DNA of 63,605 bases, counting the filler, from Platydemus manokwari (lineage: Eukaryota), in NCBI GenBank assembly GCA_037951405.1. It is 5 parts of 5 records of this genome, joined end to end, with 100 filler letters (N's around TTAATTAATTAA, not from the genome) between each part and the next. Parts side by side here need not be neighbours in the genome. Positions count along the whole stretch, not along the records: positions 1 to 14,968 come from JBBMOY011368093.1; 4 more parts are not named here. One strand, written 5' to 3'. Of the stretch, positions 1 through 12,876 are shown piece after piece (within the stretch, counting starts at the first letter, position 1; every line of letters begins with the position of its first letter). Both the position numbers and the translations under genes were made by a program. Under the pieces are notes generated by a model. It did no database searches. It was given only the letters and a program-made list of their open reading frames with translations, and was not told the origin of the DNA.

Positions 1-168
1 TATTATCATTATTATTATTATTAATATTATCATTATTATTATTATTATTATTTTTGTCTTTATTATCATTACTTTATTATAATTATTATTACTATTATTA
101 TTACTGCTATTATTATTATTATTTTACTGTTATAATTACTGTTATTATTACTATTACTGCAACTATTA
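1..168. repeat. Degenerate (ATT/ACT/ATC)n trinucleotide microsatellite
   Basis: Continuous tattat/tactat/catt triplets at the contig start. Confidence 0.9.
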
Positions 169-170
169 GG

Positions 171-2800
171 TTGGCTTTCATTACATCAACTTCTTGTTTT
201 AACTGATTTCAGTTATATTCATTGAGCTGAATTATCTATTAAAATCATTTTAGACTTAATTTTGCTTTCATTATTCTCATTAAAACGAAGTATCAGGTAG
301 CTAAAAATAAACTTTTTGTCGTTTTCATGGGGCGTGAAGGTCAAACCACTTTTGTTCAATCTTTATAAATACATATATGTATATTACTACCTCGGTGTCT
401 ACCAAAGCGTGAAGGGTTCTTTTCTGGATGTCTAAGTTACCAATCTGTTTTGCTAGTGCTTGGATCTAAAGATATTAGTTTTCTTCTCTGATTTGAATAT
501 TTAGATATCTAAATACGAGGCAACAGCTAAATCTATAACTCACATTAGTTGACTGACTTTTAGGGTTAAATATTTAAATTTTATCTGAATATTATTACCG
601 ATGAAGATTTTCTATTTCAGTATTTCCTGCATTTCTACGATCGCTTCATATTCGCCTACACAACATCTTCTCTGTTAAGAATTCCATGATATTTTTCTTC
701 GAAAACGACAACTCGTAGTCTTAGTTTTATTTTGGCATCTACAAAGGCCTTTTAGTCTTAATTCATTGAAGCAACTTTTAATGGAAATCTGAAGTCATTC
801 GCCTTCCTAGCTTTATATTTTGCATCATTTCGACTCAGTCGAGATCCCACGAATGATATTCTGTGCTTCATATCTCCCACATGTCTACAAATTTGATTGA
901 ATTCGTCTTTGAAATCACTGCCTGATGAATTTGCATTAACCAACCTGTGATTCTTGTATAGTTTGAGATTTCTTCAGTTTTTGTGATACTATCTTTTGAA
1001 AAGAATTCTGTCTGCTTATCGATTGTTGGAGGGCTTCATAGCATTTCTTTTATTGAAGTAAATTGCAGTAAAAATTGTTGTGTATTTAGCTTAAAATTAT
1101 TGATGATGTGCTTGTGTCATGAGTGTAAATTTATTAATGTTTTAAATTTTTTCATGTTTGACATGTTGGTATAAAGCACATATGTGTGTTGTGTGTGTAT
1201 AATAATCGATAAACTGCCAGTGTCCATCTCACAATTTCATGAAATTGCGAATAAAATACCATAAAATTAAATATAACGATATGACACCATTATTCAAAGA
1301 TAAATGTTAATTTATAACTGTTCTAACGATATTTGATGTGTTTATGGTCGGATGATATGCCACAGGAAATACACACTGATATTTTACTTATACCCAAGTT
1401 CCTCGGTAGCATATTGTTTACAATCCTGGTAAAACGAAGATTTGACGATTAGTACTGATATGATAATCATATTTATTACTACAACGGAAAACACAGTAAC
1501 TGAAAATAAGATCCAAGCATCACGATTAAAGTCACTCAGCATCAGATCAAAATTTATTTAAGTTAAACTGATCTGGTTTTAACAAGTAATCATATTTGGT
1601 TTGACGGCTTTTCTTTGGTAAAATAATTATAATGCTCTGCCTCTTTGATGAAAATAGTAGGTGATGTCTTATTTCTTTTCGTAAATAGATTTCAGTATCA
1701 GCTAAATTACTTAAAGATATTAAATTAATCAGGTATTTTAATCCAGTTATCTCTAATTTTTCAGGCCGATTAACCATGCTTTTTTCTGGTAATGTAATCT
1801 ATATATCGGGCGTTATTCTGTCTAAATGAGTTAAAATGGGATTGCATTCTATGCTTATGGCTTCGTTCCTTCTTCCAAGATGGTTCGAGTTATCGCGCCC
1901 ATAAAACGTACTTGATTGGAATTTATTTTATGGATATCGGAAGTGCTATTATGTGTGCTGAAATGTATTTGAATATGTAACTTCATAGTGTCTCACTTAG
2001 AACGCGACCAAATACACAGTTGTCGACAACCTGTTCACTTGTTAACGCCATCGACATTCTGTGCCAAATTTCTGTTTCATTTACTTTAGAATGTTTAATA
2101 AAACATCTTGATATATGTTAGTAATTTTATTACAACCAACACGAAAAGCATTAGACTATGCTTTAAGACTATACTATTATTCAGATATTATACCATTTTA
2201 TCTTTGAAATGATTAATTTTATTCTGGATACATATAGTCCTATATAGTTAGTCTGATACACTTATCTGATACATTTTATTTCTAAGAAGAGCATTTTGTC
2301 ATGGGTCAAAATCCACATTAAAACTGTTAGGGTTCGCTTAATTCTTAATTGAATGGCCTTTGTCTTGCATATTGGTGTTCGTTCGGAAAGTTCGTTGTTA
2401 ATAACTTCGTTTACTTGTTTAATTTATACTTCCATTAAATTAGCTTCATTTAGAAATGCCAAATTACAATCTTATGACCTTAAGTTTCATACGAATACTG
2501 ATTCACAAACTATTTTTGAGTTTTTATTTGCAAAGTGGATGTTTTTGCATTGTCGTATTTTGATGGAATATTCCTCAATTACCACAATTACGTTTTCATC
2601 AATAGAGCTTTGCTCATAATGAACCAAATCATTAATTTTATTTGTTTTTTGCCAACACGTCCGTCATTTAATAAATATTCATCATCATTAAAATTTTTGT
2701 CACAATATGATAAAATAAAATCTGTTTTGGTTTTCAATTTTTCTAAAATTTTTCTTCTGATTCTCTTTACCTTTCTACTCCAATCTTCTTTATAATATAT
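171..2800 (-). pseudogene. Decayed, intronless coding-like sequence of unknown origin (probably TE-derived)
   Basis: Minus strand reads as long frames broken by isolated stops (e.g. ...NYTRITGWLMQIHQAVISKTNSIKFVDMWEI*...). A CISCG...H motif lies near 1340-1380. Strand skew resembles 39-42 kb. No family recognised. Confidence 0.25.
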
Positions 2801-3391
2801 ATTAAAAATCTTATTCCTATAACAAAGCTGTAACGAAATTTCTATTTAAATGGGCTTCAATTTGAGAACTTAATTATCGAAATTGATAGAAAGCTAAACC
2901 AGTTTAATAATAAAAATTTCTTATTCAATTTATATTCCGTGCAATCATTTATTTTATTTGATATGATTTATTTTTTAAAAAGGTTTTATATGGAAAAATA
3001 TTTATAAAATAAATTATCTACTTTTTGTAATAAGTAGATCAATTATTAGTTTAATATTTATCAAAAACATCTATGATTAGCTAATTAAATCTGAATGTTT
3101 GAAAATGAAGAATTTTAGATGTATTGGGAATAAGTGGAGATTATATTTTCAATCTGATTGAAGATAAATTTTGAAATTCGTTTAACATATAAACCATTAA
3201 AAAAACTTAATTCCAATCTATTTTATTTGATTTATTAAAAATTTATTCAACACATTATATTTGTTGGTATTAATTGGCTAATTTATTTAAGTTAAAAATA
3301 TTAGTTAATAATTTATTAATAAGTAATTTAATTTTAAGGATAAAGTATTATACTTTGTTTTAATAATTTTGTTGGATTAAATACTTTAAAT

Positions 3392-3530
3392 AAAAATATC
3401 GGCTAAAGCTAAAAAAGAGGGTTCTTTAACCTTACTTCGTTATAATGGATATTCGCGGTTGAGAAAATTTTATTATTTAATTTTAAATATAATTGCTATG
3501 TTTGATTTATTTATACTATTCAGTTAGGAT
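3392..3530 (+). repeat. Partial copy of a dispersed non-autonomous element (left end)
   Basis: Clear similarity to 18885-19010 (cttcgttataa..ttcgcg..tgag; tataa.tgctatgtttgatttatt). Confidence 0.7.
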
Positions 3531-3659
3531 TGATGGAAACCTGTTGAGTTGGGTTATTTGGTTATAATTTAATAATAAATCAACGATTTTTCAACCGATA
3601 ATTATTTATATTATTAAATGTAAGACCGTGAGTTCGAGATTGATGTTTCCATCCAATAT

Positions 3660-3872
3660 CGGAAACTATGTACTCACAGGAATTGTTATTGTATATTGTA
3701 GTAATTTCTTTTACAAGAGCCATATATCGATCGAATGCGATACAAACGAGACTATGTGTTGACATGTAAGTGAATTAAAATATAAATTAAACATAGAAAT
3801 GCATCGATAATAATATTTTTTTGACCGACCAATTTCGATGTTACTCTGGATTCCAATGGGCTCATGATGATC
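3660..3872 (-). pseudogene. Internally deleted fragment of a GPCR paralogous to 9461-10465
   Basis: Three joined segments match the intact receptor: SPLESRVTSKLVGQKNIIIDAFLCLI vs YPLESRLTSNLMIHQSIIDTLLCLV; MSTHSLVCIAFDRYMALVK vs MSIHNLVCMAIDQYMAIVK; IYNNNSCEYI vs SYKNNTCQFI. Confidence 0.85.
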
Positions 3873-6130
3873 CATATAGCATTTGTGCTGGAGAGGCATT
3901 GTGGCCTGTTATTGTTGCTTTGCGTAGTCCCAGTAGAATGATGGGCGGGTCTTCTGTCCATGTTTTGTTTGGATTTAACGAGCAAGCGCGCAGAGCATTG
4001 AAATCTTTCAATTTTTTCGATGTATTGAGAGTGATACGAGGTTGTAGTTCGACTCTAGATTTCGTATCTTTGACACATTCTTGAAGAATTGCCTCGGGCC
4101 AGGAGGTGTATCTATGAATTAAAGTGAGAATAAATCGTTTATTGTTACTTGACAGAAGCGGTCCAACGATATCCAAGTGCACTACCCGGAATCTATCTCT
4201 ATCAGGTAATTGACCAAATTTAGATTTTGTATCCCTGGTGATTCTTTGTGACTGGCATCAGTGACATTGTCGGGTCAACTCTCGAATTTCAGCAGAAACG
4301 TATCGTGATGTAAGTAAATTGCTCCAAGGTGGGTTCATTTAAATTCCATCATGCGATAAAGAGGTGGAAGAATAATGCGCTCTTTTCTTTTGGAGATATC
4401 CACCTTTATTCCATTCCTGATTGCTATCTGAAGAGATGGACAGTTTTCAGCAGATCTATCCACACGCTGTGCATTTATTAGATCCATTTCTGAGATTGTT
4501 GAAATATTTTGTGTCGTGGTCTAGAGAGAAAGTCAGCAACAATATTATCTTTTCCTTTGAAGTATTGAAATTTGAAAGAGAATTAACTGATGAATTCGAT
4601 GTGGCGCCATTGTCGGTTTGTTGGGTCTTTCATAGATGTAATATATATGAGTGGTTTGTGATTTGTTAAGATCCGGAATTCAGAGCCATTTAGATAATGT
4701 TTGAAATGTTTTGTTGCCAAATATATGGCGAAGGGTTCGCGATCGAATTTCGAATACTTTCGTTCGGCTTTGTTAAATTTTCTAGCAAAAAAAGATATGG
4801 GAGAAAGTGTGCCTTCTACCCGGTGATTTAAGCTGGCACAAACTGCTACGGTTGATGTGTCTGTGCAGAGAATGAGCTGTTCATTGCTGTTTTGTGGAGT
4901 CATGCCAGTTATATTGGCAAGATTGGCTTTCGCATTGTCGAATGCTGTCTGATGGATTTTTTGAATTGCAGTCTAAATTGTGATTTGGTTGCGTATGTCA
5001 GCAGATCGTACAGTGGAACTATGACTTCGGATAAATGAGGAGTCATCCATTGGTAGAATGTGATAGCTCCAATGAATCGTCGCAAGCCCTTGGCGCTGTG
5101 AGGTCGAGGAAAGTTTTGTATCGCGTCCGTTCGGTCACTGATTGGTCTGACGCCCTGACTAGAAATGTTTAATCCAAGAAAATATATATTGATCGATTTG
5201 AATGTGCATTTTTCCGTGTTTATCTTTAGAACCTTCTTCCTCGATAATTGATCTCGATGTGCATTACGTGATCATTTGATGTGGTTGAAAAGATTATGAT
5301 GTCATCGGTGTAGGCAACTACGTAATCCCTAGTGTGCTGCAGTATGCAATCCATGTAGCGCTGAAACGTTTGAGATGCATTTCTTAGGCCAAAGGGCACT
5401 TGACATATTCGAATAAACCAAAACGTGTCATAACCGCTGTTTTTTGAACATCATCTGCTTTTTTAGGTCAATTGTTGAGAATATAGAACTGTGCGCGATT
5501 TTATCCAGAATGTTAGTGATTCGTCGCAGAGGATATTTGTCAGCGATCAATATATCTGCGTTCAATCCTCTGTAGTCTTCACATGGTCTGAAAGTGCTGC
5601 GTCAGATAATCCCTTGACTTAGAAGGCCGTCAAATTCACGACGAACCTCTGTAAGCATTATTTCAGATAGTCTTAGAGGTTTGTGAGCAATGGGTCCTCC
5701 AGTTGTTCGGTTTTCCAACTGCGGTTTGTTTTCATCATCGGCTTTGACGTCAACGTTTATCTGGTGATGTTCACTTCGTTCGCGAGATGTCTTGGGTTTA
5801 CCAATAGTTTCGTATCCACCCATGGATATTTTGTTGTGCTTGAAGTTCACAATTATTTCAAATTGTGCTAGGAAATCAGAACCGAGGATTGATTGTCGGA
5901 CATCAGCTGTAATGAAATACCAAGAAAACCTTCGGGGGAGTCCTCTAATGTGAAAGTCAAGTTTCCTTCTGCCAGCTGTTCTAATGTTATCACCACTTGC
6001 AGAAATCAGATGCGGCATGTCCAGAGATGGATCACTTTGGAGGGAAGAATGCTGACATCGGCTCCAGTATCAATCAGGAAAACGATCTGATTGTCCGATA
6101 TGGCTAGAATTGTGAATATTGACGAGATCC

Positions 6131-6191
6131 ATGTCGGCTTGCTTGTTCTGGTCCCAGTTGCCGACATTACTGAAAGCCATGACCGTTTCCC
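6131..6191 (-). promoter_or_regulatory. -1 programmed ribosomal frameshift signal (G GGA AAC plus H-type pseudoknot) at the gag/pol junction
   Basis: Heptamer at 6185-6191 is in the gag frame (caG GGA AAC) and the pol ORF continues in -1 (TGKRSW...FLIDTG). After a 6-nt spacer: stem 1 GG(C)UUUCAGU/ACUGGGACC, whose loop AUGUCGGC pairs perfectly with downstream GCCGACAU. Confidence 0.8.
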
Positions 6192-6896
6192 TGTGGTGTT
6201 TTTAGTTTCCAATCGCATGGTGGTCGACATTTTCGTACATTTTCGCCATATGTCCTCTGTTAAAAACATGTTGTAAAGTTATTGCTCTTTATGCAGTCAG
6301 TTTGATTTTTGTTTCGAATGCTGAGATTCTCGGATTTTAGTTGATCGATGGCCGTCATCCATGGTGGTGGGTAATTTTGGATTGTTGGATTGTTCGAATT
6401 GTAGATATTTGTGCTAATCTGTCAGCTATTTGGCTTAGCTCTGTGATGGGTTTGTCTTCTTGTGCCACGACGTGTTGTTGGATGTGAAATGGCATGCTTC
6501 CTATAAACGCCGTTCAAAGAATATAGGAATTCACATCGACACTGTTGGATCGATGGCTTTGAGATATCTAAGAAGAATTTTTAGATGGTCTGATGGGCGT
6601 CGATCTCTGATGCTTCCTTGGAGAAGAGTCGTTCGATGTGAATCGATGTCAGGAGGCTCCTGCTGTTGATTATGACAGATCGAATATCAGAGAAAGGAGT
6701 GGGTGATCCAGTTCCAAGAAGTTCGCGAAATTCTGAGAGGGTCTCGTAGGGAAGATTGGCAACAATGTGCAAGTATTTCGTTTCTTCTTTTGTGATCCTT
6801 GATATCCGGAAAATGGCGTCTGCTTGCTGGACCCAGATGTCGAAACAGTCGAAATACTGTGGAAAATTGACGGCTACATGGTTGCTTTTTATCAAA

Positions 6897-6911
6897 CCGC
6901 TTCTGACACCA
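6897..6911 (-). promoter_or_regulatory. Primer-binding site, tRNA-Leu type
   Basis: TGGTGTCAGAAGCGG one base after the LTR-like end ...TTACA. It resembles the complement of the tRNA-Leu(CAA)-type 3' end ...CUUCUGACACCA. Confidence 0.8.
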
Positions 6912-7016
6912 ATGTAAGACTTACACTTTGAAAGTAAATTTATATTTTATTAACATTTGATTTAAACAAATGTGATTTTTAATTAAATATAATTATTATT
7001 ATATTTCACTGTTATA

Positions 7017-7560
7017 TTAACCTATGTATATTAATTTGTCGTCTAAATCCAGGAAGTTCAGTTGAATTCTGAATTGACTGGTAGAAGTTGACTTCGCTAA
7101 ATTGACAGCCAACTCTTGCAGGTTCGAGAGTAAGAGACTATCAATTTCTTCCAATTTAGACCTTGCAGAATAAAGTCTTGAAATCTCTTCAAAATTGTTT
7201 TCCTTGTAAAACGATTCCGTCACTAATTTCTTGTTTAGATGTTCATAAAATTTGGTACTTTTCATCTGATTTTTGCCGCACTGTTGCGAAATCCTGTAAC
7301 TTATTGTACACTGTTTTTTGGAATGTGAGAAAGTTTCCAAATACCAATTTACAATCTCATCATTTGAAACAGTTTCTTTGAAACAGTTGAATTCTTGCCA
7401 TAGCTGTTTGGTGTCATCTCTCAACAGCATATCAAATGATAATGATTAAAGGTGGCAAAACCGTTGGTTGTCTGAAACAATACTTCTCGTATCAATAACG
7501 CTTGCGTTTGGGTCAGATTCGCAAAATGGTTCTGCCTTTCTCTAATAAGGGCATTTATTT
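7017..7560 (-). pseudogene. Frameshifted ORF remnant, possibly gag-like, from a second retroelement
   Basis: 137-aa helical-looking ORF with an upstream frame (AAEINALIRERQNHFANLTQ) and no splice structure. Family not recognised. Confidence 0.3.
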
Positions 7561-9460
7561 CGGCTGCGTTATTATTATTATTATTAAAAATATTATCATT
7601 ATTTAATTAAATTTATTTTTATCATTACTATTATTATCTACCTGCTGCAGATAAATTCTCCTAAGGACCTATCAACCTAACTCCATAAAGATAGTAGCTG
7701 TACACTAAGATTTATTTTTACAAAAGTATACAAATTTATGAAATCACAAAACCACAATCAAAGGTCCAATTTTTAAATTTGAGTTATTGTAAATCACGGA
7801 TCTAGTCTGCACACTAAATTGAACTGCTTGCCGAAGAGTTACTCCTGGCTTTTACTACCTAATAACGTGCGCAACAATCAGTGACGGACAATCCGAGATT
7901 AATGTCCCACCATATCACACAATTAAAATTTCTACGTAAAGAAATATTCGAGAAATAAGTTCCTCGAATATTTAACACTAAAATACTAATAATAATTAAA
8001 TAACCAATTTTCATTCTAATTCCAAATAATCCCAAGAAACAATCCTCTAATAGTCTTCTTCTTATATAATCGGTAATTCTTTGCAAATCATTCTTCTTTG
8101 AATTGTTATGGCAATTCATTAGTTGTTGCCTCAATTTTTATATTGATGTTTCCTCTCAGCAAAATTCCTTTACTCGTGTTGACATGTACAATTGACTAAT
8201 TTCCCAAATCAATAATCTCTTACTCTAAAAGTTATTTTATATTTACATTTTTAATTATTTATTTATTTATTATATTATTTATTTATTCATTATTTTCATT
8301 TGATATTTATTTTATCAATGATAATTTTATTTAAAAATTATTACTCAATTTAGAATATATCAATTTATTTTATTATTTATTATTTTACTTCCTAACCTTT
8401 ATCTTTTAATTTATTATTTCAATTAACTTTAAACTTTATGACCTTATCTTTTAGACTTTAATTTTAGTTTTTCATTTATCACCTCTAAATTTTTGAGATT
8501 AATTAAGTCCATAACAGAAAGATAAACACAATACATTTATTGAATATATAAACAGAAATTATCAAAATCTAAATTAATGTGCGTTTACTTCATCATGCGC
8601 TCATATCTTCTTGTTATAGCGCTCTTCTGCTGTCTCATCTCGGAAGACAGCTAAATACCCTAATTTAAATGTTTCCCTTTCGTCATGAATTTTTTTTGAA
8701 AAGTGAATTGATTTATGTCGAATTGAGTCTTTGGCTTTCACAATTTCCTCTTTTAAATTTCCTCTGTGCTGGTTGATTTGATGCTGAGTTTGGGCTTCCG
8801 AGAGAGTAATAATGCCCGCATATTTTCCAGGTCCCCGATTCTTTTTTTAATTTTATTAGTCCTTTCACCTTGTTGGGTATTTCGTTATTCTTTTGATGGC
8901 ATCTCCTCATCCTCGGGGTTGAAATACCTCTCGATTTTCATTGTCGCTCGAATGTGTTGTTCAAATCTGTTCACTTGGAAATTAATTTGGAATTTCACCC
9001 TCGTCTAGAATCTCAGTAGAGTCTGGAGTATCCCTCTTCAATTATTGCAGTTTCTTCATATTTGATCTTTTTACTTGTGGTGGGTTGACACTATCTCGTC
9101 CCTCCCCATCTGTTGATGTAATCTTTTCATGAAGCATAACCGCAATATTTCCCATATTGGTATTACATTTTCATTGGAGACATATTTTTATGTGTGCTCG
9201 TTTGCACCTCGTTTTCACTCTGAATTTTTGTTTGGTGTGTAAAACGTAAATTGTAACTTATGTTACGTTTCATTTATATCTATCTTTATTTATTAGATTT
9301 TCAAAAGAAGTCTCGTATTATATTGATACTAATATTTATTTAAAAATACAAAACATTTAAATTATATGACTAAATAACTAAAGCCGTCTGAACATTTATC
9401 GATGTTTTAGTTAACAATAAAAACGTTATTATATCCATAAATCACAATTCAATGATTGTT

Positions 9461-10465
9461 TCACAAATTTGTGTTCGATTTCATTGGATTAACTTTACGA
9501 AATACTTCCCTCTGTCGGCATAAGTATGTAAACAGATTCATGTAAAATCGTTTGTATTTATTCCTGATTCCTTTCATCATAACCAAAAATACAATAGGGT
9601 GAACAACCGTATTCATTGTTGTTAATAGCAACCCAATCTTTGAAATGACCGGCAAGTTAATCGGCTTTATTATTTTCATTTTAAAGAATAACGAAAGAAA
9701 ATTATCATAAGCATAGAAAATGAGAAAAAAACAAGTGATAATAAATGCAGAAATTGTAAACTTGTTTTGCATTGAGGAATTCTTACCTGGATTTTTCAGA
9801 CGTTTTAAAATTTTGATAATTTTACTGTAAATATAAATGAAAAGTAATGCAGGGAGTAAATATGAAATGATAAAATAGGTATATGAATACATCATTGAAT
9901 AGGTGAAATTTGGTATTCCAATAAATTGACAAGTGTTGTTCTTGTAAGATCTTTGAATTATCGTTGGGATTGCGCAAATAGAAGATGCTGACCACACATA
10001 AATATATGAGAATATGAAAAGGGCTTTGGCTTTTTTTTTATAAACCAAAGCTTTTACGATAGCCATATATTGATCGATGGCCATACAGACAAGATTGTGA
10101 ATGGACATTTGAACTAGATGATAGTATATCCAGTTTGATTTCCAAATGTAGCAAATGAGTAAATTTCCATTATTATTACGAATAACATTGACTAACAGAT
10201 TGACCAAGCATAAAAGTGTATCAATTATAGATTGATGAATCATTAAATTCGATGTGAGTCGAGATTCTAAAGGATAGGAGAATAATACAATTCCAAAAGA
10301 TAAATTAAAAAGGCAGGCTATCGAAAGTATCAGTCCTTGAATCAAAACAAAATAATCCATTGAAAATGCACTTTGATTCACTGAAGCCCTTGTAGTAAAA
10401 AGCAAAATAAGAAATACTTCCCATAGGATCTCATTGGTTAAAAATGATGCTTGGATTAATTCCAT
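9461..10465 (-). CDS. Intronless rhodopsin-like (class A) GPCR, divergent orphan/chemosensory type
   Basis: 334-aa ORF from ATG 10465 with seven hydrophobic segments, TM1 N, TM2 D, TM3 Cys plus MAIDQY (DRY variant), TM4 W...P, ECL2 Cys, TM5 YLLP, TM7 HPIVF (NPxxY variant). Confidence 0.93.
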   Translation of the reverse strand: MELIQASFLTNEILWEVFLILLFTTRASVNQSAFSMDYFVLIQGLILSIACLFNLSFGIVLFSYPLESRLTSNLMIHQSIIDTLLCLVNLLVNVIRNNNGNLLICYIWKSNWIYYHLVQMSIHNLVCMAIDQYMAIVKALVYKKKAKALFIFSYIYVWSASSICAIPTIIQRSYKNNTCQFIGIPNFTYSMMYSYTYFIISYLLPALLFIYIYSKIIKILKRLKNPGKNSSMQNKFTISAFIITCFFLIFYAYDNFLSLFFKMKIIKPINLPVISKIGLLLTTMNTVVHPIVFLVMMKGIRNKYKRFYMNLFTYLCRQREVFRKVNPMKSNTNL

Positions 10466-12876
10466 CAATATTTCTACAAATTATTTCCATTAAAATATCA
10501 ATTTAAATAGAATTTGTATCAAATTTTGCTGGAATAATATATAATATATTTCTATTAATTTTTCTCCACTTATAGTAGTTTAATTTATAATCGATATCAT
10601 CTGTTCTTTGAGGAACATAAATGATAACTACTCGTTATTTGTAGTTTTCAATATGGAGACTCATCCTTACAAATGGAGACAAAGCAAAATTCATTTCTTC
10701 AGTCGAGACATGTAAATCAAATCTTTCATCTGGTAATTTAATGTATGCACATCAAACCAGTTTAAAATTATTGAGAGTTAATTGATGTAGAATTAAATAA
10801 AGTAATTTGACAAGCAAAGTACATCAATGAGCTTTTGTAAAACATGCAGAAAATTATTTGAGAAATAATATTCATATTAATAAATTAATAAATATTTAAA
10901 ATGAATTTTTAATATTTTATAAAATTTAAATTAATTTGATTTAGATAAAAAGTTAATGAAAACCTATTTTTTAAAAACTAATAAAATAAAACCTATATTT
11001 TAATAAATTAATATTTAAAAAATTAGCCATCTAAATGCTCGAAAATAATATCATCATTATAACTGATTAATTAAAAAAAATAATAATAATTATGATGTAT
11101 TTGGGTATAAAAACTATTATAATATTAAGTAAAATAAAAATCAAGAATTATAAAAGTTTGTAAGTCAAAATGAATTTTGTTCTGGATTTAATGATGTGTT
11201 TTAACCACTACTTTTTACTGTTGTTTATTTCACTAAAATCGGATGGAAGATAATTGACTTTTTTGAATAATTGTTTTTCACGATTTTAGAGAAATCATAT
11301 ATATTAAAAATACAAATGATCTAGTGATTGTGGATTTGCTTCTATTGGCCTAATAATAAATAAACAATATGCTATACGATATTTTGGGTATATAAATGAA
11401 TATATGAAGAAAGAGGAAGAAATTATACGTAAATATTACTAAGGAAACCCTATGTTATTATAATACATAAAGTTAATTTAATTTCAAAAGATTGCACATT
11501 TTAAAGTAATAAATATAATAAACAACATTCCTAATTTTACATTAAGAGAAAAGTAAGAAAATTTTTTATTAAAGTGAAAGAAAAAAAGTAATTAAAACAG
11601 AATTTGTAACATCTAAGAAACATATAAGGTTTGGATAGAAAAAGTATGGGAACCTTGAAGATAAATATATAAAAAATTTTTATTGAAAAGTACATGATCA
11701 AAACCCGCTAAGCTGAGCATTATACCATAGTTATAAGAAATAAGAATTTGTCGAATTTTAAAAACGTTGCTTGGGGACATTTTGTAACTGTTAGAAAATA
11801 GGATTATGAATTATTATCAATTGTAGTTGATAAATATAAAAATAAAAAACTTATTTAAGTATTAAATATAGTCTTGTAAAGGCAAGTAAAAATACATAAA
11901 TTATTAATAAAATATTAAGTAACATGATCATTAAAATGATAATTTCACAGTAAAGAAAAAAATTCAAAGGTAGAAACGTGTTAGAATATTTAAGTATAAC
12001 AATAAATTTTAAACATGTTTTATTATTAAATTTACCAAACGAACATAAAACATTAAGGAAAATTTATTCAAAATTTGATTTCTATATGGAAGGGTATTAC
12101 AATATTTAACTTACTATAAAAAATCAAAGTTACATGAAGTGAGTTTTAATAATATTGAGTTGAAAATTATTGATAGATTTCTAATTTTTGAGAAGAAAAA
12201 CCAAAAATAATATTTGTAAAATTGATGTGAATAAAAATATAAAAGAATGATTATGGAATTTCTTTTAGATTCTATACTATATTTTTCTATTATTTTATTA
12301 GTGACATTAAAGTGCACTGCGAATGTTGTATCAAGGAAATTATATTGAACTGAAAATATTAATAAATAGTGTTCTTTATTGGATTAAATAATCCATTGGG
12401 GAAATACCTTGATTCAATTTTAGAATGAAAATCAAAAACTTGGTGGAAAATATGAAACAAACGCCAAGTAAATTAGCCATATAAATTATTGAATAATACT
12501 TATAGGAACACATGTAAACTAAACATTTCTGTTATGGATTTCTTTCAAAAATTCACAATAAATTAAAAATATTCTGCTATTTATCTAATACAGTATATTT
12601 TAAGATTTCATAAGAATGGTATAGGTCTTTGACCGATAAGTTATAAATATTAATCACAGGAAACAGATTGAATTCTAATGAATAATAATATTGCGTAAAT
12701 AAGAGTGAATAAATAAGTTGAATAAATAAGAATGAATAAAATGTTTATATTTTAACGTGAAAATATGTAAATGATAAATCAATAGATCACAATAACTACG
12801 ATAAAGAAATATAACGTAACAACAAACGTGATCAACGAAAGTGCATTTGTATCTGTGTATTGATATTATTGGTGAT

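Larger units (their letters stand above)
3870..7016 (-). mobile_element. Degenerate Ty3/Gypsy LTR retrotransposon, CsRn1/Kabuki/Boudicca-like (gag-PR-RT-RNaseH-IN); 3' end lost
   Basis: gag (VAVNFPQYFDCFDIWVQQADAIF; CHCC-type CF*QRTYGENVRKCRPPC), protease FLIDTGADVS, RT (FRPCEDYRGLN, KTAVMTRFGLFEY, YTDD near 5300), RNase H (LCTDTS, YSKFDRE, LTNHKPL), integrase (HLDIVGPL, SPAQMLYG). Many stops, frameshifts and deletions. Probable 5' LTR at about 6913-7016 ends ...CTTACA next to the PBS. Confidence 0.93.

Noticed and set aside
6913-6925. TGTAAGACTTACA near-palindrome as an LTR collapsed to its termini
   Set aside because: An AATAAA and U5-like sequence continue upstream, so it is more simply the end of an LTR of about 100 bp.
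8520-9250. Short coding-like island with a minus-strand poly(A) signal
   Set aside because: Multiple stops in all frames and no family recognised.
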